Assembly: GCA_013265495.1 (NCBI GenBank)
Contig: MU057809.1
Location: 1,293,062-1,353,061 of the forward strand
Direction: 5' to 3'
From: Vicugna vicugna
Taxonomy: Eukaryota
Length of the DNA stretch: 60,000 bases
Part shown: piece by piece, positions 59,826 through 60,000 of the stretch
How positions within the stretch are numbered: position 1 is the stretch's first letter
Layout: each line of letters starts with the position of its first letter
The notes under the pieces: model-generated
Told to the model about the DNA's origin: nothing
Database searches by the model: none
Seen by the model: only the letters and a program-made list of their open reading frames with translations
Made by a program: the position numbers and the translations under genes

Positions 59826-60000
59826 TCACCTGCTGGTAGTCGGTGTCCTCGGGCCGGAACTGGCTGCTGGTGGTCTCCCAGCGCAGGCTGAAATGGGGCA
59901 GCCGGTGCAGGAGGCTCACCCACCAGGGCGCCGCGTAGCTGACCCCGGCCATGGCGGGCCGGCCGCTGGGGCGCGCGGCCGCCGCGGGGCTCCCTGGCTG
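59750..60000 (-). promoter_or_regulatory. TTYH3: TTYH3 5' CpG island / 5'UTR (continues beyond the window)
   Basis: High CpG density around exon 1 and the start codon. Confidence 0.75.
59830..59952 (-). CDS. TTYH3: TTYH3 exon 1 (MAGVSYAAPWWVSLLHRLPHFSLRWETTSSQFRPEDTDYQQ)
   Basis: Kozak cccgccATGG; CAG|gtgacg donor, 123 nt. Confidence 0.96.

Larger units (their letters stand above)
34356..59952 (-). other. TTYH3: TTYH3 gene, coding span (14 exons; 1575 nt CDS, 524 aa tweety family member 3)
   Basis: Exons 123+170+112+221+96+73+76+56+93+93+137+174+76+75 = 1575 nt join in frame with GT-AG introns. The protein runs MAGVSYAAPWWVSLLHRLPH...SAGIAVGFYGNGET...SDFCVDP...GFCYDGVEGL...ESPPPSYTSSMRAKYL...SGH*. 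Confidence 0.98.

Overview
This is GC-rich mammalian (eutherian) genomic DNA, probably from a camelid judging by its tRNA-derived SINE family. It holds two complete protein-coding genes arranged tail-to-tail. LFNG (Lunatic fringe) is on the + strand with 8 coding exons at 16327-23597 (378 aa). TTYH3 (tweety family member 3) is on the - strand with 14 coding exons at 59952-34356 (524 aa). All exons were reconstructed by hand with GT-AG boundaries and consistent phase. The first ~16 kb is LFNG upstream regulatory DNA with CSL/E-box/N-box clusters, and old repeats (MIR, L2, MLT1, MER20, MER5) are scattered throughout. The main second-look items are: (1) a candidate 101-nt cassette exon in the last TTYH3 intron that would break the exon-junction-spanning PPPSY (Nedd4-type PY) motif and give a new, NMD-escaping C-terminus; (2) a divergent pair of strong CTCF motifs between the two 3' ends; (3) a compact instability module in the LFNG 3'UTR (Pumilio element, miR-200 site, overlapping miR-146/miR-125 8mers). 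Almost all ORFs in the supplied track are spurious GC-rich ORFs. No prokaryote-type system (CRISPR etc.) is present.
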